Of a DNA stretch of 64,000 nt, positions 13,440 through 27,379 are shown in pieces. The translations under genes were made by a program, and so were the position numbers. The notes beneath the pieces were generated by a model. That model had not been told where the DNA came from and searched no databases. It worked only from the letters and a program-made list of their open reading frames with translations. Source of the stretch: the human T2T-CHM13v2.0 reference genome, Homo sapiens; NCBI RefSeq assembly GCF_009914755.1, contig NC_060927.1; one strand, given 5' to 3'. Within the stretch, counting starts at the first letter, position 1. Every line of letters starts with the position of its first letter.

Positions 13440-16335
13440 TATGTGACATTTGTTGATGCTATTGTGAGTGGTATTGTTTTATAAATTGTTGCTACTGCTT
13501 TTCTGAAAAAAAAAAAAGTTTTTGGAAGGCAGATCTCATACTCATTAACCTAACCAAACTTATTTAATATTTTGCAGATTATTTTTGGTATTTAAAAAAT
13601 CTTATTCAAGAAACTTCTAGCTTGCTGAGTACTTTTCAATGATTATAAATGGATATCAAATTCTACAGAACTATTTTTCTCTGTATTTGCTAAGATCACA
13701 TGACTTTATTTTGTTAATGTGTGATGAATTATACAAATTGATATTCAAGTGTTAAAACAACCTTGCTTTCTTGGTATAAATCTATTTATTCATTATGTTT
13801 TATTAATTTTCTGTTTGTTGAATTTGATTTGTTAACATCTTGGTTAGAATTTTTGTGTCTATGTTCATGGATGAGGTTGGACTTGATTTTCTTTCCTTGT
13901 GGTTTTCTTGTTAGGTTGTAGTATCAAGATTATAATTGCTTTATAAAACAAACGGAATGGTGCTTACCCTTTTTCCATATTCTAAGAGTTTTTGTAAGAT
14001 TGGGGATAACTATTACTATTTCTTACAGGTTTAGAAAAATTCACCAGGGAAGCTATCTTGGCCTAGAGTTTTATTTAAGACAGGTTTTAAATTATGGATT
14101 TAATTTCTTTAATAATCACAGGACTATTTATATTTAAAAATTCTACTTTATTCATATTGCTAGATATTCTTTATTATAATTTGTTCATATTACTTAAATT
14201 TTCAATATTTTATCAGCATAAAGTCGTTCATAACATGCTCATACATTTTTAGTGTCTAAAGAATCTGTAGTAATATTTCCTTGGTTTTATGTGTTGTCTC
14301 TTTTGGATATTTTTGATTATTTTATTCAACAGATTTACCAACTTATTAGTCTTTTTAAGTAATCAAGCTGTGACTTTGTCAATTCCCTCTAATATGTATT
14401 TTTAAAATTTTTAAATTTTTACTCTTATCTTTCTTCTTTTTTCCTTGAGTTTATTTTTGCTTTTATTCTCTCAATCTTGAGATAGATGCTTAGTTCATTA
14501 ATTTTCAACCCTTCTTTTCTAATCTATGCATTTAACGCTATAAATTTTCTTTAACACTTCTTTATCTGCATCACATAAATATTAATATTTAGTTCATTAT
14601 ATAATTTTGTTATAATTCAGATAAAAGTGTTTTCTAATTGTTATTGTAATTCATTATTTGATGCATGGGTAATTTAGTATTTTTTAATTTCCAAATATAT
14701 AGGTCTTTTCTAGTAATCTTTTTGTTATTGATTTCTAGCTTAACTTCACTGAAGCCAGATTTTAATTTTTTGAAATTTGCCTTATGATTCAGCATAAGTC
14801 CAATGTTGATAAGCAATATGCCTGAAAATAATGTTTTCTGCAGTTGTTAGTTTTTGTGTCCTATATATATTTGTTTGTCCATATTTATTATTCATGTTTT
14901 TCAAATCTTTCATATCTTTTCTGATCCTGTCTCTTCTTGTATCATCAAATACTGAGGCAGATGTGTTAAATTTTTATGTTAATTGTGGATTCTTAAATGT
15001 ATTTGCAGTTCTGCCAGTAGTGCTGGAAATTTTAAAATGTTACATCTTCTTGATGAATTGAACATTTTATTATAAACTATCTTCATCTATAGTAATTTTT
15101 TTTGCCTTAAAGTATACATGGTCTAATACTTAAATACACTTGCTTTTTCTTGATTAGTGTTTGCTGGCATATAATTTTTCATTTTGTTAATTTTAATTGT
15201 TACATATCTTTATATTTTACATCTCTGTCTTATAAACAACCTTCAGCTGTGTGTGTGCATGTGTATGTATGTATGTGTTATCCAGTATGAAAATCTTTTC
15301 AGAAGTTTTAAAAAGTTTTTAATGAAAAATTTCATCACACAGAATGTTAGCATTTTCACATATATATGCACCCATATTTGTGGTTAAATATATATTATTA
15401 ATATTTTATTTCAACCCATTTCAAAATAATGATTGTCAACATCATGCTACTTCATCCTTAATTATTCTATTCACATCCCAAGAATAAGGACATTTTCTTA
15501 CTTAAGCATAATATTATTATCACATCTAAAAAATGTGACTCATTTTTCTGATATTATCTATATCTAGTCCATATTCAAATTTCTGCCAGTGTCCCCAAAA
15601 CTCTTTCATAGCTTTCTTTTCAAATCAGAATTCAATCAATATCCATACTTTATTTGGTTATTATGTCTTTTTATTATTTTGTCTTTAAAATCTAGAACAA
15701 CCTCTCCCAACCTAGCTTTTCTATTATGATGTTGAGTTTTTTTAAGAGATAAGGCTACTTATAGATTTGTCTGTGATATTATTTGACTTGTTTCTCTAAC
15801 TCCTATATTTTGTGTTAACCTGGAAGTTAAAGGGTTGGTTAGATTCCTGTTAAGTATTCCACTGTCACCCAGATTTTATTGTTTTTGTTGAAAAGTCAGT
15901 TGTCAGTCTACTATTGCTCTTTTTAGAATACTGGGTTTCAACCAGGTGTGATTTTTTTCCCCCAATGAATATTTGATTGTCTGGAGACATTTTCAGTTGC
16001 TTCAAGTTGGTGGGTGGGTATGTTACTGACATTGGGTGCACAGAAGACAGGAATTCTGCTAAACATCTCACAATCCCTCTACAACAAGTAATTATCCAGT
16101 CTCAAATGTCAATCATGTTGAGGTTGAGAAACTCTGGCTTTAGAGTAACATGTCCTTTCTCTTTAGATTCTCTTAAGGTATCTTTTTTCACTTTTTTAAA
16201 AAATAGTTTCACTGCAATATAGCTATGTGTTTTGTTTTGTCTTTGTTGTTAATACTGCTCAGGGTTTGTTGGCCTTTTTGAATGTGTGTATTGATGTCCA
16301 CCATTAGTTTTGAAATATTCTCAGCCATTACCTCT
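13440..16335 (-). mobile_element. Old L1M (L1ME-like) fragments with nested insertions
   Basis: T-rich antisense L1 ORF2 sequence; ORF 14634-14816 contains KLEINNKK...WKLKN. Confidence 0.75.
15929..16136. mobile_element. MER20 hAT-Charlie DNA transposon
   Basis: tgtctggagacattttcagttg...tgctaaacatc...gaggttgagaaactctg. Confidence 0.85.
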
Positions 16336-16356
16336 TTAAATATTGCTTTTGCTTAG

Positions 16357-17080
16357 ATATGGATCTAGGTTTTTGGGGACCTAAAACTTTTACAATTTCA
16401 TAATAACATTTAAGAATACAAAGTTGATATGGTTTAGCTGTGTTCCCACCCAAATCTCATCTTGAATTGTAGCTCCCATAATTCCCACTTGTGGAAGGGA
16501 CCTGGTGGGAGGTAACTGAATCATGGGGGCAGGTTTTTACTGGGCTGTTCTCGTGATAGTGTATAAGTCTCATGAGATCTGATGGCTTTATAAAGGGCAG
16601 TTTCCTTGAACATGCTTCTCTTGCCTGCTGCCATGATCGTGGGGCCTCCACAGCCATGTGGAACTGTGAGTCCATTAAACCTCTTTTCCTTTATAGATTA
16701 CCCAGTGTTGGGTGTTTCTTCACAGCAGTAAGAAAATGGACTAACACAAAAGTTAGGTACAAATCATATTACTTATTTAGTATAATACAATAAATCTCAG
16801 CAAATTCCAAAAAAATTCAAAATACAACAAAGACCTTTTAAAAATTCAAAATATACTAATTAATTAACTGCCTGACTTTGGTATAATATTTTTCCTCTGT
16901 CCATTTTGGATTTTTTAGTTACCAATTTGGTAAGCCACTTTCTGTTTATGTAACAAAAATTTGGTAATAGCATTTCTGATTGAGAGAGTAAAAAATAAAT
17001 GTAGTCTTTCCTTCTGCATGATTAATCAAAATTTTTTAATGTATTATTAATATTTTAGAAAAGTTTATTTTAGCTTCAAT
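16357..17080. mobile_element. hAT-Tip100 (Zaphod/MER115-like) remnant split by THE1
   Basis: ggatctaggtttttggggacctaaaacttttacaattt...aagaatacaaagttaggtacaaa. Confidence 0.55.
16425..16748 (+). mobile_element. THE1 (B/C-like) MaLR solo LTR
   Basis: tgatatggtttagctgtgttcccacccaaatctcatc...ggactaacaca; 5-bp TSD aaagt on both sides. Confidence 0.92.
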
Positions 17081-17369
17081 AAGAGAAATAGAGATGAGAA
17101 AGTGGAGCCAGAACCAATGATTCTAACAAGCTCCTTTGAGTAGTTTTACCATAAACGGAAACAAAGAAGTGAGGGGCACAAGATAACAGGAATTATTTTT
17201 GTTTTTTGTTTGTTTGTTTGTTTGCTTTGAGATGGAAGATATTAGAAAACAGTTATATGCCAATGGTAATAATTAAGTAGACAGGTAAGGAGCTCAGAAT
17301 TATTTCAGGAATGTAACCCTTACACAGTTGTCTATGAATACTTTACAGAAATGGTATTTAATGCACAAA

Positions 17370-17880
17370 TAGAGGGGTTGGCCTTATCTGGCATGTTAAA
17401 CTTGAGATCCACTGACTTCCCAGAAACCCATAAACAGGATACGTACAGTTTGTGAACTTGAATGAGCAAACTACGACATTTTTATTTTTACTAATCTCTG
17501 ACTGAAATTTAACATTTCCTTCAATATTAAATGTTGTCAACAAATCAGAATTAGGTACTAATACAAATATTTTCAAATCACATAACAACTGTTGGAAATA
17601 TCTTAAAATATCATTTACTATGCTCACTACATTAAAACAGATAGCTATTAGGCTGCCTGCTAAGTCAGTTTATATTATACATTAATAAAGAAGTACATAT
17701 ATTACTAAATCACAGCTTAAAAATATTTAGATAACGGAATTTAAATAAAATCAGTCTCCTTTGTATCCATAGGCATTTCATTTTATGCATTGAGAACATT
17801 ATTCTGAAAAGAGTCCACAGGCTTCACCAGATTGCTAAAGGGTATCAAGGCACACAGAAAGGTTACGAACACACATTGTA
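17370..17880. mobile_element. hAT-Charlie element (MER113-like)
   Basis: gtccacaggcttcaccagattgctaaagggt...ggcacacagaaaggttacgaac terminus. Confidence 0.55.
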
Positions 17881-18304
17881 ACAGGAAAGAAGGCACAGAA
17901 TATGGGCACAGAGGCAGGGACTTTAGCAGATTTGGTGCTGGAAATTGGAGGTTTTTTTCCCTAATTGCTTCTAGTTTTCTGAGAGAAATAGAAGGCAAGG
18001 TCATCAGGAGGAAGTGAGAACGGCGGGGGTGGGGGGTGGGGTGGCGGTGGCAAGCGAGATAATGAAAATTTGAGTATAAGAAAGAAGGTGTGAATTAGTT
18101 TTCTAAGAGAAGAAGAAAGCTAATTTACTACGAGAATGAAGCAAGATTGCAGGGCAGTACTGAGTAGCCACTTGTATTTTCAAAGTTGAATAGAGACCCC
18201 AGTTGTGAGTCTTCCTTCTGCTCTGTTCAGCTGCTTGTATACAGGTGCAGAGTAAGTAAAGAGTTGAGCTAACCAGAGTTAGGCCTTTACTAAAGAGGAA
18301 GGTG

Positions 18305-18603
18305 AGCAGAGCATGGTGGCTCACCGCTATAATCCCAGCACTTTGGGATGCCGAGGTAGGTGGATCGCTTGAGCTCAGGAGTTCAAGACCAGCCTAGGCA
18401 ACATGGTGAAACCTCTTCTCTACAAAAATACAAAAATTAGCCAGGCATGATGGCTCATACCTGTAGTCCCAGATGCTTGGGAGGCTAAGGTGGGAAGATT
18501 GCTTGAGCCCAGGAGGTCAAGGCTGCAGTAAGCTGAGATAGTGCCACTGCACTTCAGCCTGGGTGACAAAGTGAGACCCTGTCTCAAAAGAAAAAAAAAA
18601 AAA
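18305..18603 (+). mobile_element. AluJ SINE inserted in antisense L2 remnant
   Basis: cgcttgagctcaggag and ggtcaaggctgcagt J diagnostics; TSD ggaaggtg. Confidence 0.92.
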
Positions 18604-21600
18604 TGGAAGGTGAAGGAAGAGAGGAGAGAGGGGAGAGAGGAGTAAGGGAATTCATGGTTTAAGTAGGAGAGTGATACTAGAGATAAACTTTCAATATTTG
18701 CTGGATAAAGAGAAAAAAAAGAACATGAAGGGTGTTATGGTCAGTGGTGGAGTCAAAGGATACTGTTTTCATAAAGTACATGAGATGTGTAAAATTAGGG
18801 ATACTACAGGAAATAAAATGGAGAGAGGAGGTTAAGTAGAGAGAGTGAATGAAAAAATTCTAATAAAAATTGACACAAATTATGATTTAAGGGAGTGAGA
18901 CACAAGTGAATATTTTAAGGAGGTTTATAAGATTAAACTCTAAAATTTCGACATTGTAATCAGCCCCACTTTTCTCAACTCTCTCCTTTCTAAGTTTCCA
19001 CACCTAACACTCCACATGGGCTCTTCTCATTCCTCTGCCTCTAAGTCCTCCTGAAGCGTGTAGTTAGCTTCCTTTTATATTTGAAAGAACCATGCTCCCT
19101 TAGTGTTATAAAATAGTAATAATGCCAATTAGTGAAACAGTGGCTGAGAATTAACATGTACTTTGTGTTTGCTCTATGCTCTGAAATATCTGGCACTTTT
19201 TGTCTCTTTTACACACAATCCTGTGAAATATAGATGAATAGGCTTATTTTGAAGAGGGAAATGAACAAGATTAGGGAAGTATAGGCAGCACCTGATGGCG
19301 CTGGAAATTTTAAAAAGTTCTGAGTATAAACACTTGATTTTCTCATGCTGTCACCTAGGCCAAGAGTCATATTTATACCATTTGTAGGATATATTTATAT
19401 GCAAGCCTAAGTCTTGCCATTGATGGCTCCCTGGGGAAATCCACTCATGCTATTAGATAACATGAAACATAAACCTTATTTAATTTTGTTGTAGTTTATT
19501 AAATCAGCTGGCAATTTTTCTTTCTTTTTTTCCTCCTGTATCCATCTTCCCTGAACCAGCAATTTCAATTTTAAGCAAATCTGAGACTATCCAAACAAAG
19601 TGTTCCCCAAATCCTCCTGACCTGAATATCTGAAAGTTATTTTTGTCATTTTCTCTCTGTTATTGTTCTCAGTGTTATAATTTCTATAAGTTGTAATTTG
19701 TTTCCATATAGTGCCAAAATGACCAGTTTATTATGAAATCCATGGAGGGAAAATAAAATTAACTGTTTAATCATATGTATACCTAGCATGAGGTAGAGCA
19801 ACTAGATATTTAAAGATCATTGGGTTGATTTTGCACTTCCTGCATTCGACGTATTTATTATGAGGTTAAAGCAGTTAATAGAAAACATTTGGTTTGGCAG
19901 AAAATATTTATTCATTCATCCATGCATCAAACTACCCATTTATCCATTCATACATATATTCATTCAGAAATGTCTAATGAATCCACACCGGGGACTGTGC
20001 TAGACACTGCGGATACAATGCACGACAGACTCGATTTTGTCTTCACAAAATATATTATATATTTCATGACAGACAAAGAGAACAAAGACAACTAAAGTGG
20101 GAGGGGCTTTAGAGAGTGCTTCCAGACAGCGTTCAGCTTGGAAGGACTCATGCCTTCTTACAGCCTAAACTGATTCATATGTACGGAAAGAATGCTGTAC
20201 AAGAAAGAGCCCTGTTTCTAAAATCGCCCTAAGCCATGGAGCATCATTAGAGATCACTAGAGGACTTGGGAAAATGACTGGGACCACTCCTGCCTATTTG
20301 CATTCAGTGGCTCTAAGGTGGATGTAAGGTAGGCCCAACACTGGTCTAAGCAGGACCTTGTGAGTGTTAAGGACTAGCATCCCTCTGATGAGTGTGACTA
20401 CTTGGACAGTATGGCTTGGCCATCAGATGACATGCTGAGATAGGCAGTCCCATGCCAGGGTGCGAGCTTGGCGAACGGTGCACAGGATGGATTTTAGCCC
20501 TCTTTCCTCCTTTGCTCAGACACGTTTATGCAAGGCCCAACAGCAGAGCTGGGTCTAGACATCTGAAAACCGCTCTCCATTTGTCATTGTTAGTTGTGTC
20601 ATTGTTCTAAATGTTCTCCTTAAGTGAATGTTGCCCATAGGCCTCTGCCTCTCTAATCATTGTACGCATATGTGTCAGAGAACCTGAACTTCTGAGTAAT
20701 TTTTTCCATTAAATATGTTCCATTGTTGTACAGAATTGAGCCCTCCCTGTCACCTTGTATCTATATGATGCCAAGTAATGACATAAAATAAATGGTACCT
20801 ACATGTACACCATTTGTGTATTTCTAAGCTCCAGATTTTCTTAAAGTTTTCATGGTTGGATAAAATTAATAGCTTTAATTTAATGATACTAATTAAAAAG
20901 TTAGTAAATTTGTTGCCTGTTCTGACTGATCACTGTTTACTGAGTTCTGCATGGAATGATTTGATAGTTGGTGATCACAAACACAAGGGTATGAAAAAAA
21001 TGACTTTGTCGGCCAAATTAAGGACTAGCAAAGTTTTGATTACAAATTTAATAATATCTTTATGTTTTTGGAATTTTCCAGGCTATTTCTAGGTGGAGTG
21101 GTATAAATTTGCCAAATGTTAGTAATGAACAATGCCAGAAAGAGCAACATAGAACTGATCAGGGAAATATTACATAGGTCCAACTAGGGCATCGGATAAA
21201 AATGGCTTTGAATTCTCAGGGAAAAAAAAATCAAGGATAATTACTTTTTAGACATTTGGCCTATTCTGGAGTTCTCTGTCCAAGACAAAGGCAATGATTT
21301 TGGAAAGTAAATGTAACAGCTCAAAATAGCTCTGTTTTTAAAGATCTAAATGTAATAGTCATATTTAGAAAGGAGAGATAGATTTTGCACTTTAGAAAAT
21401 GAAACCAGAATTCTAAATAGGAAGAACAAAGGAGAGAAAAAATGTGCAGAAGGCAGTTAAATAACCCTGATTAAAGTTACTGGAAGAATCTCAGGTCATA
21501 ATTAAAAATGAATTTATACCTGAAATAGATCCTACATTTTGAGCATCAAATAGCTATAAGCTCACATTCTTTTTCCTAAACTTTTGATATTGGTTTTTAT

Positions 21601-22233
21601 TTTTTCACTTTACAAAATATTGATGTACATTTTCTGGGGATAAATGAAATAATACTTTCATTTTACTCCCTATTCTCCAACTAGAATTTAATTTTTTAAA
21701 TGCCAGTGTCAAGGACTTGATATTTATGAAAAAATACAAAGCCACCTATAATTTCTTTACTTTTTAATTTATATTTTCAAAGAGATTAAAGTATTAAAGT
21801 AGATAAATGTTATTTCTCTAGAAAAATTTTTATACAAAAAAGACTAATATTTATTATTCAAGTGATTAGAATTTCCGTTTTAAAAAATAGAATTATCCCC
21901 AGATTAATGGTGAGGTTACAAAGAATGGGCTGGCTTCCCTATACCATAGTAGTTTTATAAAGGCCGGCAAATGAAGGAGTGTCTATTTAAAGATGACAAT
22001 TTAAAATTCAAGACCAAATATGCCATCTGAAAAACAGCCATTGTTCTTTCAATGGAGATTATTGACTATTTACTGCATGCCAGGCTCTGCGAATATCAAC
22101 ATGAAGCGGGGAAATACCAGTGACTGCTCGTTACAGTAGTTCTCAAATGTCAGATAATTGTTTAACTCAAAACTAGAGTGACAGAGGTCTCTGTGGATCA
22201 TATGAAACATAGTTTCATTATGAAAATGTTTTA

Positions 22234-23678
22234 ACAACCCCATTAAAAAGTGGGCAAAGGACATGAATAAACACTTCTCAAAAGAAGACATACATGCAGC
22301 CAATAAGCATATGAAAAAAAGTTCAACATCACCGATCATTAGAGAAATGTAAATCAAAACCATAATGAGATACCATCTCACACCAGTCAGAATGGTTATT
22401 ATTAAAACTAGTTCAACCATTGTGGAAGTCAGTGTGGCGATTCCTCAGGGATCTAGAACTAGAAATACCATTTGACCCAGCCATCCCATTACTGGGTATA
22501 TACCCAAAGGACTATAAATCATGCTGCTATAAAGACACATGCACACGTATGTTTATTGCAGCACTATTCACAATAGCAAAGACTTGGAACCAACCCAAAT
22601 GTCCAACAATGATAGACTGGATTAAGAAAATGTGGCACATACACACCATGGAATACTATGCAGCCATAAAAAATGATGAGTTCATGTCCTTTGTAGGGAC
22701 ATGGATGAAATTGGAAATCATCATTCTCAGCAAACTATGGCAAGGACAAAAAACCAAACACCACATGTTCTCACTCATAGATGGGAATTGAACAATGAGA
22801 ACACATGGACACAGGAAGGGGAACATCACACTCTGGGGACTGTTGTGGGGTGGGGGAAGGGGGGAGGGATAGTATTAGGAGATATACCTAATACCAAATG
22901 ATGAGTTAATGGGTGCAGCACACCAGCATGGCACATGTATACATATGTAACTAACCTGCACATTGTGCACATGTACCCTAAAACTTAAAGTATAATAATA
23001 AAAAAAAAGTCAAAAAATAACAGATGCTGGTGAGGTTGTGGAGAAAAAGGAACACTTACATGCTGTTGGTGGGAGTGTAAATTTGTTCAATCGTTGTAGA
23101 AGACAGTGTGGTGATTCCTCAAAGACATAAAGGCAGAAATACCATTTGACCCAGCAATTCCATCACTGGGTATATACCCAAAGGAATATAAATCATTCTA
23201 TTCTAAAGACACATGCAGGCATATGTTCATTGCGACTATTTACAATAGCAAAGACATGAAATCAATCTAAATGCCCATCTATAATAGACTGGATTAAGAA
23301 AATGTGGTACATATACACCATGGAATACTATGCAGCCATAAAAAGAATGAGATGATGTCCTTTGCAGGGACATGGATGGAGCTGGAGGGCATTATCTTTA
23401 GCAAACTAAATGTAGAAACACAGAGCCAGATACTGCATGTTCTCACTAAGTGGGAGCTAAATGATGAGAACACATGGACACAGAAAGGGGAACAACACAC
23501 ACTGGACCTATCAGGGGATGGAGGGTGGGAGGAGGGAGAGGGTCAGGAAAAACAACTAATGGGTACTAGGCTTAATACCTGGGTGATGAAATAATCTGCA
23601 CAATAAACACCATGACACACGTTTACCTATGTAACACACCTGTACATATACCCTTGAACTTAAAAAAATCTGAAAAAA
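22234..23678 (+). mobile_element. 5'-truncated older L1PA (PA13-16-like) 3' end
   Basis: ORF2 C-terminus plus 3'UTR (gggtactaggcttaatacctgggtgatgaaataatctg); TSD gaaa(a/g)tgtttta at 22222 and 23679. Confidence 0.9.
22409..23008 (+). mobile_element. Young L1PA2-4 3' fragment nested in the older L1
   Basis: Near-intact ORF2 C-terminus ([25 protein letters not shown]); tail accctaaaacttaaagtataataataaaaaaaa. Confidence 0.92.
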
Positions 23679-23734
23679 GAAAGTGTTTTAAATATCTACA
23701 ATAATAAAATATATTATTTCTCTTAGAGCAATTA

Positions 23735-26540
23735 CATATTATATTGAATTTAAAAACATGTTAGTTTAAAATAAAACACAGATATAGAAAAACTTCACAA
23801 ACAAATAGATAACTTTTTGAGATATTGAAGTAAACATCCATACAATCATCAGCAAGTTAAGAAACTTTGCCAGCGTCCCCAGATGTCCCTTCATGTGTGT
23901 GGCCCCCACAAAGGCTACCACTATCTCAACTTCTAAAGTAATAACTTTGCCTTGTTTACAGTGTTATCACTGAGGTGTGAATCTCTAGTTTAAAATATAG
24001 TTTAGTCTTGTCATTAAAAAATTTTATTTGAAATGTTTTTTAAGTCTCTTTTAATTCACAGTTTCCCCTTTCACCCCTCTACCCCTCTAACATTACATCT
24101 GCTAAAAGACCCAGGACATTTGACCTGCAGAGTTTCCCACTGTCTAGATTTGGCTGACTGCATTTTCATGGCAAACTTCATCATGTACCTCTGTCCTTTG
24201 CAAATTGGTACCTGGAACCAGAGGCTCAATTAAATTCAGATTGGATCCTTTTGGCAAGACTCTAGGTGGTGGTGTGTTCCTTCAGATGGCATGCGGTGTC
24301 TGCTCATCTCTCATGTTAGAGGTGGTAATGGCAGTGATCTTTGAGTGGTCTCTTGAGTCCTTTCAACATGATCCTAGACATTTGTGAGAACTTGCTCACT
24401 ATACGGTTTGACAAGATTTCCTAGTTCATTACATGCCTTTCCTGTCCCAAGCCTGGAATCAACCAATTCTTCAAGAAGCTCTGGTTTCTTTTATTAGGAA
24501 ATGACAATTGAAGACTACAATCTGGGTGCAAGGAATGTTAATTGCTACTGAGTAGGTCACTACTTCTTGGCGTCTTAGTGGGCAGAAAACATATATAATT
24601 TTAAAGAGAGAATTCCTCATGACTTCATCCTGATATGTGCAATTCAAATTCAGGACTACAGGATTTCTACATAGCTTCATTTAAATTACACAAATAATCA
24701 GTCTCAAATGCACAGGAGATAGTAAAATCTGAATAGCCCATTTATTTTATCTTACATCATACACACATCTGTCTTAAAATAACACTACTGTACTATCATC
24801 CTCAACATAATTAACAAGAACAATTAAAATATTGTTTGCATATGCTCTTCCCACGCTTTACCGTTTTTTAGAGTTATATTCTATCTACATTGCCTGAACT
24901 TAATACCATTGCATACTGCAGTCTTTCTTTAAACCTCATTTAGTCTTAGTTCTAAAAGTAACTATATATTCTACATGTTTAATTCTCTTCAGTCATTTGG
25001 TTTTCTGATGTTCATTCTCTACTACATTCCTTACCAAGGACTTATGGAAACAATATTTACTGCAGTCTTTCATGTTGATAACTGTTTGTATCTAAAATCA
25101 TAAAATCATTGGTTCATATTTTCTTTCCTAGAATATCCTCCATTTTGTTGTGAAAGAAAGTGTGACTCTTGAAAAGTCTGCTAACGATGTAATATCTACA
25201 AGTCATTTGCTATTTTTGTTTCTTTTGCCTAGATGGCCAAATATTTTTTTTGTTTTCGTTAAAATCCAGTAGTTTTATTTGAATATGACTTGGTATTAGT
25301 TTTTCTAAGTTGTATACGGACTCAAGTATATGGACTTCTCTTTCAATATATAGATTCAAATTTATTTTATTTAAGGAAAGTTTTTTTTGAATTATAGGTT
25401 TTGTATTGGTTCTGTTCTCTTTGGTTTTTCTCTTCAGAGACTCCTTTTATTTGTATATATTTTAAAAACCTATCTTAAATATTTATCACTTTCTCTCAAA
25501 TTTTTAAATATCTTCATCATGTTTGTTTAAATTTTTTTCTCCTTTTTTCACCATGTATTTCTCATAAGTGATTTTCTCATCATCTCAGTGTTCACTGACT
25601 TTTTTATTCCCTCTGGTTTAATCTTCATTTTATGTGTTTTTTTTTTTTGAGTACTGTCATTTTATCTCTGAGGTTTTCTGATACTGATTTATATTATTCT
25701 TTCACTGTTCTTTTATAGTTTTATTAATATCTTTTAGCTCTGTATAAAATAGGATACTGTTTTGAACACTTTTTTTCAATTTGTTTTCTTATAGTAGCTT
25801 CATATGAGATTTAACCTCAATACTTAATCTTGGCTCATTTTTAAGATAAATTAGTTTTCCTGCCATTTTGGAAGGAGGTTTTGCTCAGATATGTTTTGTA
25901 TCTGAGCTCATTCTTCACAGTGCTCATTCTTTTCCTGTTTTTGCATAGTGTTCAAAAATATGGCGACTTGCTTTCTGAGATTTCTTGACTCTCTTCCCCT
26001 TCCCCACTTTCATCTGGAGCTCCTATTTTCTTCATCTCTGTTACACATACTCTACTTGATTTTTATTCTGCTCCCAGGAGTTGCTACTGAGTGTGAGCAG
26101 TATCTGAAGAGGAAGCCATGGCAAGTCAATTGCAAGAGTACACATGGTTTAGTGGCCAGACTTTTAACTAATCCTTTAGCTCCCCTCATGGACTCCTTGT
26201 ATTCATCCAACTTTGAGTTAAGCAAAACCTCTCCAAATTTTAAGTTATTTCCAAGTCAGCCCACTGTGCTTTCCAGTGATTAGTTTTTGGCTCTTTCGGA
26301 ATTTTCTTATTATCAGGTCCATCAGATGCTCTGTTTCTCTCCTGTGTGTTTCCTGCTCAAATGCTAATATCATCAAGTCTTGTGGCTGTACAGTCTGTCT
26401 TCACCTGCTTGTGTTTTCGACATTCCTGAGGATAGTCTGTTCCCTAATGTTGCCATGGTTGATTCTATGTAGTTTTTCTATCTATTTCTATGTAGGAATT
26501 CAAAGCTTGTTGCTGCTACCATCCTCCCAGAATCCCTTTT
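23735..26540 (-). mobile_element. Old L1MC/L1M (possibly HAL1) remnants
   Basis: L1MC-like 3'UTR (cctggaatcaaccaattcttcaagaagctctggtttctttt) followed by T-rich antisense L1 sequence. Confidence 0.6.
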
Positions 26541-27379
26541 ACTAGATTTTGATATAGATAATTTGTAGCCGATACCAAGTTTAATAAAAATGTGTGAAAG
26601 AAAACAATGACTGAAAACATTGTATCCATTACTTATTACTATCTTACAAATGTGGAAAAATTAGATTTTACTTGATTTATATGAGCAAAGCCCCTTTAGA
26701 TATTGATCTCAGAAAGCCTCTGTGGTGCTGAGACAGTAATATGGGGAAAATTCCTGCAGAAAAGGGAATATATTAAAACTGCCCATGGTAAATGATTTAT
26801 CTATAGTCAGAGAAATAGACTTCACGGTATTTTTGTCATGCAATGATCACAAAAATAAGATAATTTAATTATCTGAAGAGAACCTACTTCTGAATTTTTT
26901 TTTTCAAACTGCATTTCCAACTTAGTTGTGGAATACTTTGAAGGGAAAAGTAGAAAAGCTATTTCAAGGTTGTTATTTTAAAAATAAAGATGCCAGTGAA
27001 GATAGTATACTCTGGGGGGTTGAAATTGCCTTGCTGGATGAGTAAATTGAATAGCTTGGAAGGTAACATCATCCCTTTCAGGTCATGAGAACATCATTCC
27101 GGAAGTCAGTGATATTACTACTAAAGATATTATCCCTCTTATGAGTTAATGCAGTTTCTAGGGTAGGCAGGCAGAGTGCAATAAGCAAAAGTGTTCAACA
27201 TATAATATCTGGTCCCAGTCCAGGTGTTATCATTTATGATCTGTGTAATCTTAGGGAAGATATTTAATGTTTTTAAGCCTTGAATTCATTACCTGTAAAT
27301 ATACATTATATGAGACGATTTAAAACAATGATAAATATTATTATGTAAATACTAATTTCATTTACAGGAAATGGCTTAA

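Noticed and set aside
18021-18050. G-run cluster (possible G-quadruplex)
   Set aside because: Low-complexity expansion inside an L2 remnant with no functional context
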